DNA from: Chiloscyllium plagiosum
Taxonomy: Eukaryota
Length of the DNA stretch: 64,000 bases
Direction: 5' to 3'
Assembly: GCF_004010195.1 (NCBI RefSeq)
Contig: NC_057755.1
Span: 1,997,803-2,061,802, forward strand
The notes under the pieces are model-generated. The model searched no databases. It was not told the DNA's origin and worked only from the letters and a program-made list of their open reading frames with translations. Positions 49,750 to 62,089 of this stretch are shown in pieces. Made by a program: the position numbers and the translations under genes. Numbering within the stretch: position 1 is the stretch's first letter; the number at the start of each line of letters is the position of its first letter.

Positions 49750-50635
49750 TAGATTTATAGAGTCATCGAGGTGTACAGCATGGAAACAGATTTTTCGGTC
49801 CAACCCGTCCATGCCGACCAGATATCCCAACCGAATTAGTCCCAACTTCCAGCACCCAGCCCATATCCCTCCAAACCCTTCCCATTCTTTTCCCGATCCA
49901 AATTCCTCTTAAATGTTGTGATTGTACGAGCCTCCACCATTTCCTCTGGCAGCTCATTCCATTCACATGCCACCCTCTGTTTGAAAATGTTGTCCCTTGG
50001 TCTCTTTGATACCTTTCCCCTCTCACCCTAAACCTATGTCCTCTAGTTCTGGACTATTCCACCCCAGGGAAAAGACTCTATTTATCCTATCTATGCCCCT
50101 CATAGTTTTGTAAACCTCTGTAAGGTCATCCCTCAGCCTCGGCGCTTCAGGGAAAACTGGTCCAGTCTGTTCAGCCTCTCCCTATAGCTCAAATCCTCCA
50201 AGGAGAAGTGAGGATGCTGGAGTACCAGAGATGTTGGAGTACCAGAGTTGAAAAATGTAGTGCTGGAAAAACACAGCAGGCCAGGAAGCATCCGAAGAGC
50301 AGGTGAATTAACGCTTCAGACATAAGCCCTTCTTCAGGAATCTTTTGAAAAGAGTCCATGAGGGGTCAGTCGGTTCCGTAGGCAGGTGCTGAGGAAGGAG
50401 ATGTGGCTGTGGTAGCGAGTCTGTTTCAGGACATGACTGAAGAAATTCAGGACAAAGCTGAATGCCCGAAACGTCGATTCTCCTGCTCCTCGGATGCTAC
50501 ATGGCTTGCTGTGTTTTTCCAGCACCACATTTTTCAACTCAAATCCTCCAACCCTGGTGACATCCTTGTAAATCTTTTCTGAACCCTTTCAAGTTTCACA
50601 ACATCTTTCCGATAGGAAGGAAACCAAAATTGGCA
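49750..50635 (-). mobile_element. CR1 LINE 3' fragment (interrupted by a PLE pair)
   Basis: Near-identical in structure to 9403-9900. Confidence 0.8.
50202..50537. mobile_element. PLE family A inverted pair with an extra internal segment, inserted in CR1
   Basis: Perfect 14-bp duplication ctcaaatcctccaa at 50188-50201 and 50538-50551, with inverted tails. Confidence 0.82.
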
Positions 50636-50639
50636 CGGG

Positions 50640-50992
50640 AATTGGTTTAGGATCTGTGTTACATATGAAAACAATGGAATGAATGACCGTTTCCCTGCTG
50701 ATGAGCTGTGAGGCAGGGGATGGGTTTAGGAGCTGTGTTACAGATGGAGGCAACGGACTGAATGACTGCTTACCCGATGATAAGCTGTGAGACAGTGGGC
50801 TTGGTTTAGGATCTGGTTTACAGATGTAAACATTGGAATGAATGACTGTTTCCCCGATGATGAGCTGTGAGGCAGGGAGATGGGTTTAGGAGCTGTGTTA
50901 CACATGGACACAATGGAATGAATGACTGTTTCCGCGATGATGAGCTGTGAGGCAATGGATGTGTTTAGGAGCTGGTTGACAGATGGAAACAG
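50640..50992. repeat. ~80-bp tandem repeat, ~4.5 copies
   Basis: ggtttaggagctgtgttacagatgg...gaatgaatgactgtttcccgatgatgagctgtgaggc recurs near 50644, 50722, 50802, 50883 and 50963. Confidence 0.88.
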
Positions 50993-51743
50993 CCATCTTG
51001 GAGGTGATGTGGGTTGAACTAATCTCATACTCCATTATGAAGCCACAAACGAACAGGCTTCATTCAGAGTGAATTCCCCTTGAGTTGGGTGGAGTCAGTG
51101 AGAGCCACACAACCTTTTCATAGAAGCACGGAGGATATCGGCTCATCCCCCACATCCCATTCCCGAGCTTCAGTTCCCAACTACCCCCGAGACCTCTGAT
51201 TGGGCCTTGGGTTCTCCATCAACACAGCAGCTGATTGGTGGGAAAAAAACAAATAAAGAAAGGGAGTGATATTAGCATTAAACCGGGGGCAGCTGAATGA
51301 AACTCCAGATGGAGGTCAAACTTCTCTTTTTTTTTACTTTTATACAGACCTGAGTATTCCATGAGGAAGAGTGGACAGGAGCCTGTCATTGCTGTTCACC
51401 CTGCAATGAAGGCTGATCCTTTCCTCCAGTTCTGTTTATTGTATCCTTGTCACTTGCTGTGAACTGAATACTAGGGACGACTTTTTTGGAAGGCACACAT
51501 AATTCCATTTTTGGTTATGCTTTTGTTGTTCAGCTTTCTCCTGACTATTGCTCCTTTGTAACGGTTGCTCCTTTACTCTGGCTTCACTCCTGCAGGGTAT
51601 CTCATGTTGTTCCTCAGATGGAGTAAGTCCTTGCCCCTGAGAAAAGGAGTGTTTTCATGCTACTGCTCCTCCTTCTCCTTTCGGGCCATTTTTCATGTAG
51701 ACTCCTCATTCCATTAGCTGCTACAGCGAATGTTGTCACTCAG

Positions 51744-52624
51744 TTACTTGGATTTATTCACCAATTGAATTATTTTTATAGCTGGATATTTCACTGCATT
51801 CTTTAACTGGTCTCTGAAACTATTCTGTGTCACCACATAAATCACTGCATTGGTGCAGCAACTGAGGTTCCGCAGTTTATATGCAACTTTTTCAAAGAGA
51901 TAAAAATCATCCACGTAATAACCAATACCATATAAATATATAATATACACCAACCAGAGCAGTATGAAGCTGGCAGAGATAGCAAACAGTAAAGTCACAG
52001 ATTTATTTCTGCTCACTATCTCTGGGTCATTCTCTGTTTTTGTCTGACCCCTCAGTCCCTTACGCGCCTTATTGGCCTCAAAGATGTGTCTGACTGTCAG
52101 AACATTGAGAAAGAGAATCAAAATGAATGGAAGAAGTGGTGTTATAAATGATTCAATATATCTATAAGTCACCCACAAATGATCATTAAAGTAATCGTAA
52201 CTGGTGTAACAATACCACGGAACATTGTCGATGATCCTTCCAGGTTCAAGTCGAAAATAGTTGGGAATGTTCTTTACAGAAAAAAAAATACAGATAGTTG
52301 CCAGAACTCGCTTCGCAGTTTTCTCTGTGCAATACTGAGATTTCATCTGATGAAAACAAATGGCGACAAATCGATCAAAAGAAAAACCGACAGTGAAGCA
52401 GACAGAACAATCAACTGTGAAGTCAGTCAGGACCCAGTTTACACTACAAACAGGAGTGATGTCCAGGAAACACAGTGGATAATAATAGTATTTAACCTGA
52501 ATAAGTATGACCTCAAAAATAATGAACAGTAGATCAGATACAGCCATCGCGACCAGATAGCGAGTGGTGCATGTCGAAAGTCCACACTTGTCACCAGACA
52601 AGAACACAATCGCCGCTAGACTAA
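51744..52624 (-). CDS. Exon 2 of GPCR gene B, probable G-protein coupled receptor 139-like; spliced product 315 aa
   Basis: Acceptor tttctttctcttgcag ends at 52625 and joins in frame (VGVP-VSLAAIV). Intact 7TM ORF with AVSDLL, TPVC, FDRF, PWYC, TPLLP and CTNAVIY. The first ~23 aa of the ORF-track call (to 52694) are intronic. Confidence 0.93.
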
Positions 52625-53769
52625 CTGCAAGAGAAAGAAATAAAGATTTGAAGTTAACTGATCGAATATTCTCCGTGCCAGATGGTTTTAACACAAAGAT
52701 GTTTGTATGTCAGATCACCTGAACCATTACAGTTCTCACTGTCAAATGGATTATTTTCACTTTTAAATTTGTTGGGAATTACATGACGATCAAATAACTC
52801 CCAGGAACATAATACATTCTCAATATTTTTGAAGTGGTCAGTAATTAATTTCTTCTAGGCAAAAGACTCCCAGAGGCTCCCTGTCTCTATTCCTGATGAA
52901 GGGCTTTTGTCCAAAATATCGATTTTCCTGCACCTCGGATGCTGCCTGATCTGTTGTGCTTTTCCAGCACCACTCTTATCTAAACAATTAATTTATTCTG
53001 ATTTGCAGGTGACTCTGACTGGCTGGAGATGCTCATAAGACCACAACATCCAAACAAAATCACCCAGGATCAATGGGAGACACGGAGGACGGACATTGAT
53101 TACAAACTTCCTGAACTTCGTTGTGGAGTCTCCAAAGCTCAGATTGCTTCCAGGATTGGGCATTCACACTGTGTAACTATGGTACAGGGCAGTGAATCCT
53201 TCCAGTGTTCAGGAATGGATGCTCTCTACAACGTGAATGAAGAAATGATTGGTCATCGAACTGCCACCCTTCACATTTCCACCCCACCCCCACAATCCCA
53301 CTTGTACAGTATTGAAAGTAAAGACAATCTGAAACATGGAAGTTTTCAGCATGGAATCCAACCACCATGTCCCAAGTTGGGTGCCCACTGCAATCAGAAG
53401 AATGTTAATAGTTGATATAGACTCCTCCCACAATGTTAATGATTGTATAGCACAGCCCCCACTCAAGCAAATTCTGAATTGATGCAGCTTTGGTCATTGC
53501 AAATTTCCGGTTTGGAAATCATGAGATGACGCAAAGCTTCCTGCCTGATGTCCAGGCTCCTGCAGTTCGCCTTGTGAACAGAGATCACCCTCCCAGATTC
53601 AGAGTAGAAGCTGGGGCTAGCAATCCCCATAGTGTAAGCAGCACCCTCTATGGAGGTCACTGGAATTGTATCCCAGCTTGTTCTGGCGACCCATACATTG
53701 TATGATTGCTTGGTATCAGAGACTGTTTTTGCGGATTCAGTCCAATGTCAAGCATTTAGGGAGATGAGA

Positions 53770-53930
53770 AGAGATAGTGAGGACTGCAAATGCAGAAGAT
53801 CAGAGTCGAGAGTGTGGTGGGAGAAAAGCACAGCATTACTGATGAAGGGTTGATGCCTGAAACGTCGATTCTCCTGCTCCTTGTATACTGCCTGACCTGC
53901 TGTGCTTTCCAGCATCACTCTCTCGACTCA
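53770..53930. mobile_element. PLE family A mini inverted pair (intron of GPCR gene B)
   Basis: gtgaggactgcaaatgc... followed by ctgatgaagggttgatgcctgaaacgtcg...ctctcgactc. Confidence 0.7.
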
Positions 53931-54048
53931 ATGTCTGCTATGGCAGACAATGAAATTTGAGTTCAATCAAAATCTGGACGTAACAGTCTAATGGTGACCA
54001 TTAAACTGTTGTCAATTGTCATGAAAACAAAATGTATCTCCTTTACAA

Positions 54049-54320
54049 ACGTCCCTTAGAGAAGATAATCTTTCATCCTAACATGGACTGGCCTATAGAT
54101 GACTCTAAACACATGACAAACTGGTTACTCTTACGTGCTCTCTGGGCAATTAGGGATGGGCGGTCATTACTGGCTGAGGCATTAGAAACGTCCCTTAGAG
54201 AAGATAATCTTTCATCCTAACATGGACTGGCCTATAGATGACTCCAAACACATGACAAACTGGTGACTCTTCCGTGCTGTCTGGGCAATTAGGGATGGGC
54301 GGTCATTACTGGCTGAGGCA
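54049..54320. repeat. ~137-bp tandem duplication
   Basis: aacgtcccttagagaagataatctttcatcc...ggctgaggca occurs twice. Confidence 0.85.
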
Positions 54321-57300
54321 GTGACACCCACATGCATTGAATATATAACAGGAAATGGAGTTCCCCACACATACCTAACTCTCCAGTATAGACAACTCCT
54401 CCCCTTTTTACAGCATCCCATTGAAATGAATATTCCGAATCTAAGTTTATTGTGACAAACATGCAACTCCCAAAATCGATCCACTTTTGAAGATAAGAGA
54501 TCGTTCACTCGATTCATCACAGTAACACATAGGCCAGGTGCCAGCACAGACAACTGAGGGAAAAGGATTTGTCTCTTGGCTTTGATACTCACAAGAGTTC
54601 AGTAACCCATTGGAATCAACCAATTGAGACATAACACGAACTGTCCTCTGGGATAATAGACGCTCTGAATTTAGCAATACCTCAGCACAAAGCATCCAAC
54701 CTTTCACTTTGAATGATTCTCCTGTCCTTTATTGTACAGGAAATTCCCATCGACACAAATCCCCTTTGGATTCACAGATGTTTTCTTGAAGAGATAGTAA
54801 TCGTGATCATTTTTAAATGTGCTCATGCAATGTAAGTTTTGGCCAGGCCAGTGTTGATTGCCCAGCTCTAATCGCCATTTTGATGCTGTTGGATATCTGG
54901 CTTTTTGAATATCTGTAATGCCAGGGATGCAGGAAATTCCACAGAGTTTTCAGAAGGGAGTTCCATAAATATTACCCGGCAATAGTGATGATACAACCAT
55001 ATACTGCATTTCCAAGTCGGAATGAAATCTGTTTTGAGAGAGAACTTGTATGGGACAGTGTTTCTGATCACCTGCAGCCCTTGGCCATGGGTCATGTGTT
55101 TATGAGGTGCTGTTGAAAGAGAGTTGGGGAGTTCCTCGTTTGCATCTTGTAGGTGGTACCCATTTTTGGTCATGGATGGTGAAGAGTGTGAGGACGAAAT
55201 GTGGTGATTATGCATTACAAACAACCAATAAGGAGTTCTGTGAATGATGCACTCAGCCAGATCCATGAGAGAGCATTCCATCCCATCCCTGAGCTCGGCT
55301 TTCTGGACGTAGGAGATGGATTGGAGAGGGAGGCGGGCAGCGTATTACTACAGGATTCATGTATAATATATGTCTGATATATAACAATTTTATGGCCAGA
55401 CAAGTTCATTTTCTTGTCCATGGTTGGCCCAGGTCATGCATTCAGTGACGGTAACGACATAGTAAGCTAATGGCAGATTGGTACATTCTCATTTTTCGAG
55501 ACAGTTGTTAGCTGGTACTTGTGGGACGGTAATGTTACTTTCCAATTGTCAGCCAAAATTCGGTGTTATGTCACTGTATATGGATACAGATGTCTTCATT
55601 ACCTAAGGAGTTGTAAATGGTGCTGCATATTGCATGACCATGTGCAAACCTCTTTACTTTAGAAATGATTATGGAGGGAATGGATGAGATGAGGCATTTT
55701 TTTAATCTGTGGTCGAGGATACAATCCTGAAGAATTCCTGCAGAGATGTCCCATGGCTGAGGTTATTGACCTTCATCAGCCATACCATCCTGTCCTGCAT
55801 TCAGAATTGAAACCGAAACAAGCTGTAATCTCACTGAGTTCAGGTCGTTGAGGCTTGCTCTTGTGAATATGGGTTCATAATTAATATGCTTAAGAGCTGA
55901 ATATTTCTTTTCAGTCATTAAAATATAACTATAAAAGTAGGCAAATGTAATTGAGGAACAGGTAATCAATGTTTCTGTAAATGCAAGACAATCCTGAGTT
56001 CGTCACGATTTAGAGTGAACATGTGGTTGTACTGGAATGTCAGAGGCGATGGAACAAAACTGTACAATGTGTGATTGAGGTTGGATACCCTTCAGAGTCA
56101 GCCTGTTTGTCATTAGCACACAAAAAGAACAGAAAAGCTCTCACAGTTCTGGAAATGACTTATGTGAGCTCTGTTATTGACATAGTGTGTACGGATGGTG
56201 GGTATAACCGAATCAGGTCAATGTCTCATTCACAGTTTCTGTATTTAATGTAACATGTTCTGTATGCTGCACTGTTAATTCTCTGTAATGCTGTCCAACA
56301 CAATTATTCACCACAGTCATAATATTGCAGGTACTAGTCAGTTATTTGATGAAACAACGTATTCATGCACATTTTCTTTATTTTTCTGCATTGCCTTATG
56401 ACTGATTTTTGCATGGCCCTCATCAAATCCTCATCCTCCCAAGGAGAACATGCATCGTGAAGCAGCGATCACTGTAACATTAACTGTGGCTAGATCTACA
56501 GTTTATTGTAGATCTAATAAACAATAGATCTAATCAGACACAGAGGTGAAATAGTGGTAACCAGCCGAGGTGATATCCATCCTCATTAACATATGGATAA
56601 TGATTGAGAATAGTCATGTCCCAGAGTCTATCCTAACATTGCTGGAAGATTAATCGCTCCCAAAAATATTATTTAAGGAAACGTTGTATGTCCTTGAAGC
56701 AACTAATTGAATTCACACTGTGGTTTGCTTATTTTCATTTTTTGCAAGAGGTCACAACTATTCATCTCCAATAGAACACTGCAAACTAAGTATCAAATGT
56801 ACCAACCAAAGATTTTCCCACTTGTACGCCCTCATATTTCCAAACTACGTTGATAGCTCAATCAGTGAACAGATCAGAAATGTGAAATGAGGAATGTAGC
56901 ATAAAAGAAGCATCGCATGGTTTCAGACAAATTATGTTCCTAATTATAATTACATTCAAGTATTCCCTTTCATTCAGTTCCCCGTGAGTTATATTCTAAC
57001 CTCAGAGATACTCCTTCTTTTGCAAGACCACTGGAGTGAATTGTTTCCGAATAGTTGGTAACTCATACTCAGTGTAATTGTATTTTGACAGCTATTCCCA
57101 GTAACACTTGGAGACTGGGCTTGTTGTCCTCCTTTTGCTAAGGTCCCAGACCCAGTTAGAATTTTACAGAAAGCTGCTCACTGCATCACATTGCCACGGG
57201 AATCGGATGTTGCCTTCATGTTATTGACCCACATTTTATACAGCTCTCTCCACTTAAAGATATTCCCAATAATATTTACAATTAAGGTCATGGATATTCC

Positions 57301-58265
57301 TCCCTTCGTGCCATACACTGACAGCAATGCTGTGTTTACAGATACCCGAGAAATGCAACAATACTTGGTCAGAAGTTCACATCTGAGCGGTTATCCATAC
57401 TCAGTACAATTCTACAATGACACATACTCTGAGAAACATGAGGCAACAGTAATAAGAGGTTAATCCCCACTCAGTACAACTCCATGATCAGGAATATCTT
57501 CATTCAGAATGATTTCTGGAAATCTTGATAATCAGTCCACTACTATCTAATCTATCTCTGGATAATGTCAAGTGTGTATGAACTACAGATAGAGATTTTA
57601 TTTTCTCAGTTCAGGAATTACACCACAGAGTTAGTTTAAAAATGTTAACTATCTACATTTCTATCACACACTTGGAACTCATATTAACATAATTACCTGC
57701 CCTCAAAATCATTCCTCCACACATCCACTGACTAAGGAAAGCACACAAGATCATTAAGGTCATCTGCCCTTTGTTTATCATTCCATAATGACCTGCGCAA
57801 TGCACCCGTTGCCCACCTGATGAATCTGGGCTCCCATTTGGAGCGAGCGACCTGTGCAAAACCCATCAACATAATCCCTTCAGATCAAGGAATGGAAAAC
57901 ACCAGGTATCACTAAGAGGTGAGTTGTTACAAAACCCTTCTGACCAATAGCAGGCTTTGAACTCCCACAGAGAGAGAGAGTGGTTTTGCTAAACACTTTC
58001 TCGACCAGCCTGGGCCCGTGCTCAGCCAAACCCAATCAATGTGACCTCAGGAAATTCTGCACAGTATAGAGAAACAGACAATACTGGACACTACTGAGGA
58101 GCCTCATAATTGACAAACTGTTTGTTTTAAACACAGTGAGAACACTATTATCAGGCATCGGGATTTGTCTTACTGAGTGGAAATAAAATAATTATTAGTC
58201 ATTAAGCTGAAAAGAGTCTGATGTAATGCAGAGATTTATACAAACTAAATTGTAAGAAGACTTAC

Positions 58266-58332
58266 CAGGAACACCAACAATAGCAAAGATGGTGTAATAT
58301 ACTTTAGCGACCATTTCCCTTGTCAGATTCAT
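58266..58332 (-). CDS. Exon 1 of GPCR gene B (GPR139-like)
   Basis: Minus-strand ATG at 58332 reads MNLTREMVAKVYYTIFAIVGVP plus G, then a canonical gtaagt donor. Same length (67 nt) and phase as exon 1 of gene A. Confidence 0.9.
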
Positions 58333-58562
58333 TGTGTTGTTTGTGAAACAACCTCTCCCTCCCTGCTGCTGTCAATCTCTTGGAATTGGAGAATTCTCTC
58401 GAAGTTGGAGCTGACACAGTTCCAGATACTTTCTATTGTGTAATATTTCCACTGGGAATCTGTGATTACATCTTCATTTTTTTTAAAAAAAGCAAACAAA
58501 TTATGACAACAGGCTTATTTTAATGATATGATATCATTGAAATTTAAATCTGTACTTGGTTC

Positions 58563-58591
58563 CCCCAAAGACTGGATTAATCTGATCCTAT
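58563..58591 (-). promoter_or_regulatory. Conserved upstream element of GPCR gene B containing TAATCC
   Basis: Paralogous copy of 17984-18012. Confidence 0.5.
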
Positions 58592-58975
58592 AAGGTGAAA
58601 AATGTGACTTTCAACTTGTCTTCAAATAGCAACACTATTTCACTCACCAGCAGTCTCATTAATTATCAAATACCTTTTGATATTATTTTAAGTGATTGAT
58701 CTTCATATTGTTGCGGTTATTCAGCCATTCAATCCCTCATATTGTAAAGATTCTTGAGAGCTGATCAACTGCACACTGTTATCCCAGTGCTGTTCTTGTT
58801 AATTCAGTTTTACAGCACATTTGGGAAATGGAGGTCATGGAGGTCCTGGGCCTCCTTCACCGCCGCTCCCTCACCACTGACGCCTGGAGAAAGAACGCCT
58901 CATCTTCTGCCTCGGAACACTTCAACACCAGGACATCAATGTGGACTTCACCAGTTTCCTTATTTCCCCTTCCCC

Positions 58976-59475
58976 NNNNNNNNNNNNNNNNNNNNNNNNN
59001 NNNNNNNNNNNNNNNNNNNNNNNNNNNNNNNNNNNNNNNNNNNNNNNNNNNNNNNNNNNNNNNNNNNNNNNNNNNNNNNNNNNNNNNNNNNNNNNNNNNN
59101 NNNNNNNNNNNNNNNNNNNNNNNNNNNNNNNNNNNNNNNNNNNNNNNNNNNNNNNNNNNNNNNNNNNNNNNNNNNNNNNNNNNNNNNNNNNNNNNNNNNN
59201 NNNNNNNNNNNNNNNNNNNNNNNNNNNNNNNNNNNNNNNNNNNNNNNNNNNNNNNNNNNNNNNNNNNNNNNNNNNNNNNNNNNNNNNNNNNNNNNNNNNN
59301 NNNNNNNNNNNNNNNNNNNNNNNNNNNNNNNNNNNNNNNNNNNNNNNNNNNNNNNNNNNNNNNNNNNNNNNNNNNNNNNNNNNNNNNNNNNNNNNNNNNN
59401 NNNNNNNNNNNNNNNNNNNNNNNNNNNNNNNNNNNNNNNNNNNNNNNNNNNNNNNNNNNNNNNNNNNNNNNNNNN
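58976..59475. other. Assembly gap (500 N)
   Basis: Run of N. Confidence 1.
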
Positions 59476-61560
59476 CACGAATTTCAAGTGAGAAATGAGG
59501 ACATTGGAACAGCACTGGGCACGTTAACGTCCTTCTCCTAATACCTCTGGTTCAACATCGCAAAGAAATGGGCAAATCTGCTCCGTGTCTCTAAAGGCAT
59601 TCTTTGAACAACAAAACAAATATTTAATGTAGAGATTCCCAGACTTCGATGCTGTCTCTGAAAGAAATCTGCTGCCTGTGCAGTGGAATGGGCAGCCCAG
59701 CAGAGGTAGCATTGTATCCCTTTGAACAATAGGGGGGTGGACAGAGATGGAAGAGAGAAGGTGTGGAGAGGGAGGGGATTCACCCTCTAAAACAACAGAG
59801 ACCCCATTAGACAGAGACACATTGACACATTCCCAGGTTGAAGCAAACACCAGGAGCTGGGTCGGTCCCTCATGGGAAAGTGGGAGTATGAGAAACCATC
59901 GACAAAGCTAGGACCAACTGGAATACTGAAGATCACCCTTTCAGTCTGTCCATGTCTTAACCACAGTTTGTCTCTGTCTGACTTTTCCCCTTCCGTCTCT
60001 CATTCTCTGTCCCTCTCTCTCTCTCACTCTGTCCTTCTCTCTGCCTATCTTTCTGTCTCTCGCTGTGTCTTTTTCTCTGTCCTTCTATCTCCCTCACTTT
60101 CTGTCCTTCTCTCTCCTCCCCATCACGCGTCCTTCTCTCTCTCTCTGACTTCTCTCTGTCCTTCTCTCTCCCTGTCCCTCTTTCTCTATTCCCATTCTCT
60201 CTCTTTATCTCTCTCACTCTCCTTTTCTCCCTCTTTATCCATTTCAGACCTGAAAGTGCCGACACAATTTTGCATCACCCAACAACATTTTGCGCCCCAT
60301 TTTCACTTACCTCCCAAATTTATAGCCTTCTCCAAAGATATTGCCTTCCCAAATATTGGCCTCACCAAATATGCCTCCCCCAAATATTTTACTCTCCCAA
60401 TGTTGCGCTGAACCCCATTCCCTGGGGCAGAGGTAAATGAGTCTGTGTGAAATGACTGCCCTGTGACTGACCACTTCACTGCACAGCAAGGTCCCAGTCT
60501 GCAGCCATCTCTGGCCACACACTCAATGAGATTGAAGATAAATGAGACAGTGTGAGATTGCAGTACAAGCACTGTGCTCATGAAACTATAAAATGATATT
60601 TAGGTCTTCTTTAAATGGGGAAAACAGAAGGGGACTGTGCTCAAAGTAGGCAAGTGGGGATTCACTAAAATCGTGTTGTTTATGACTTCAACACATCAAG
60701 GATCATAGAAGTTTGACATTTGTTTGATCAGAAGAAAATTGACCACATATCAGTTTTATGTTTCAGTGCAGATTTACAATAATCTGATGCCTTTTCCTCA
60801 TTATCCGACTTCAATCCCAAGTAAAGTCTGGGAACACATCATTTATCCTTCCGAATCTTCCCTGAATGAGCAGCTTAACTTCTTGTGATTTGTCGTCTTT
60901 CCAATTTCCCTTCCAAGCTCTCGCTGCTGATGGCCATTTTGAAATCCAAATCTCCTTCAGTCCCTTACTCAATGTTGGTCACTGGGGGAGTGTCTGCTTG
61001 ATTCTCTCGCATCTTCCATACAATAGTGGTCAGTCTCGTTTTTGGGTTGGTGCATGCTGGGTACATTCTCCCTTTATTTTCTCCCCTCCCATATCTGGTT
61101 GCTCTGTATCTAAATCATCCACTCCCCGAATTAGATTCCAGTTTATACTGAGTTATGGACGAAATCACATTGATGATCTGAGCGAGTTTACGTCTTGTAT
61201 AACACACCGGGGAGTGAGTATCGGGCTAAAATCTAATTGAGGGATAAGGGGAGTAATATACAGACTAACATATACGAGAGTGGTTCCTGAGGAACGTTTC
61301 GGGGAGATGTCAGAGATAGATTCTTTACACAGAGAGTGGTGGGTGCGTGTGGCAGTCCCAAAATTTCCTTACCACCCCTTCCCCTCCCTGTCATTGTTCC
61401 CCTCCCTGCCACCAACCAGATCCATTCCTCCCATTGACCAATGAGGTCGTAGCCTCCGACTGTCTTCAACTACCCCTACTTCACTACCCTGTCCCAGCTT
61501 TCTCCTTTATATGCAGCTCCCCCACACTCAAATCCAGTCCTAAAGAAAGGTTATACCTTT

Positions 61561-61862
61561 GGGCGGCACGGTGGCACAGTGGCTAGCACTGCTGCCTCAC
61601 AGTGCCAGAGATCCGGGTTCATTTCCCGCCTCAGGCGACTCTCTGTGTGGAGTTTTCACGTTCTCCCTGTGCCTGCGTGGGTTTCCTCCCACAATCCAAA
61701 AATGTGCAGGTTAGGTGAATTGGCCATGCTAAATTGCCCGTAGTGTTCGGTGAAGGGGTAAATGTAGGGGAATGGGTCTGGGTGGGTTACGCTTCGGCGG
61801 GTCGGGGTGGACTTGTTGGGCAGAAGGGCCTGTTTCCACACTGTAAGTAATCTAGTCTAATT
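61561..61862 (+). mobile_element. tRNA-derived SINE (HE1/V-SINE-like)
   Basis: Same family as 19834-20128, with A/B boxes and a taatcta tail. Confidence 0.88.
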
Positions 61863-62089
61863 TTAAACATCGACTACTCCACCTGTCGATGCGACCTCTG
61901 TTCTTTCAGCCTCCTGCCTGTCTACAGCATGGTAGTTGAGTCAGATACATGAGGGAGATTTAAGTGACTCTTGGATAGGCACATGGATGACGGCAAAATT
62001 AAGGGTATGTCGGCTAGTTTGACCTTCTAGTAGGATAAAAGGTCGGCACAACATTGAGGGCCGAAGTGTCTGTACTGTTCTGTGTTCTC

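Noticed and set aside
52625..52694. N-terminal extension MLKPSGTENIRSVNFKSLFLSLA of the 316-aa ORF
   Set aside because: It is intronic sequence upstream of a strong acceptor; the real N-terminus is the exon at 58266-58332.
60780..61110. Possible coding exon on the minus strand
   Set aside because: Multiple stops, no recognisable domain and no convincing splice pair.
61561..61640. tRNA gene
   Set aside because: The A/B boxes belong to a SINE head followed by SINE core and tail; there is no full cloverleaf.
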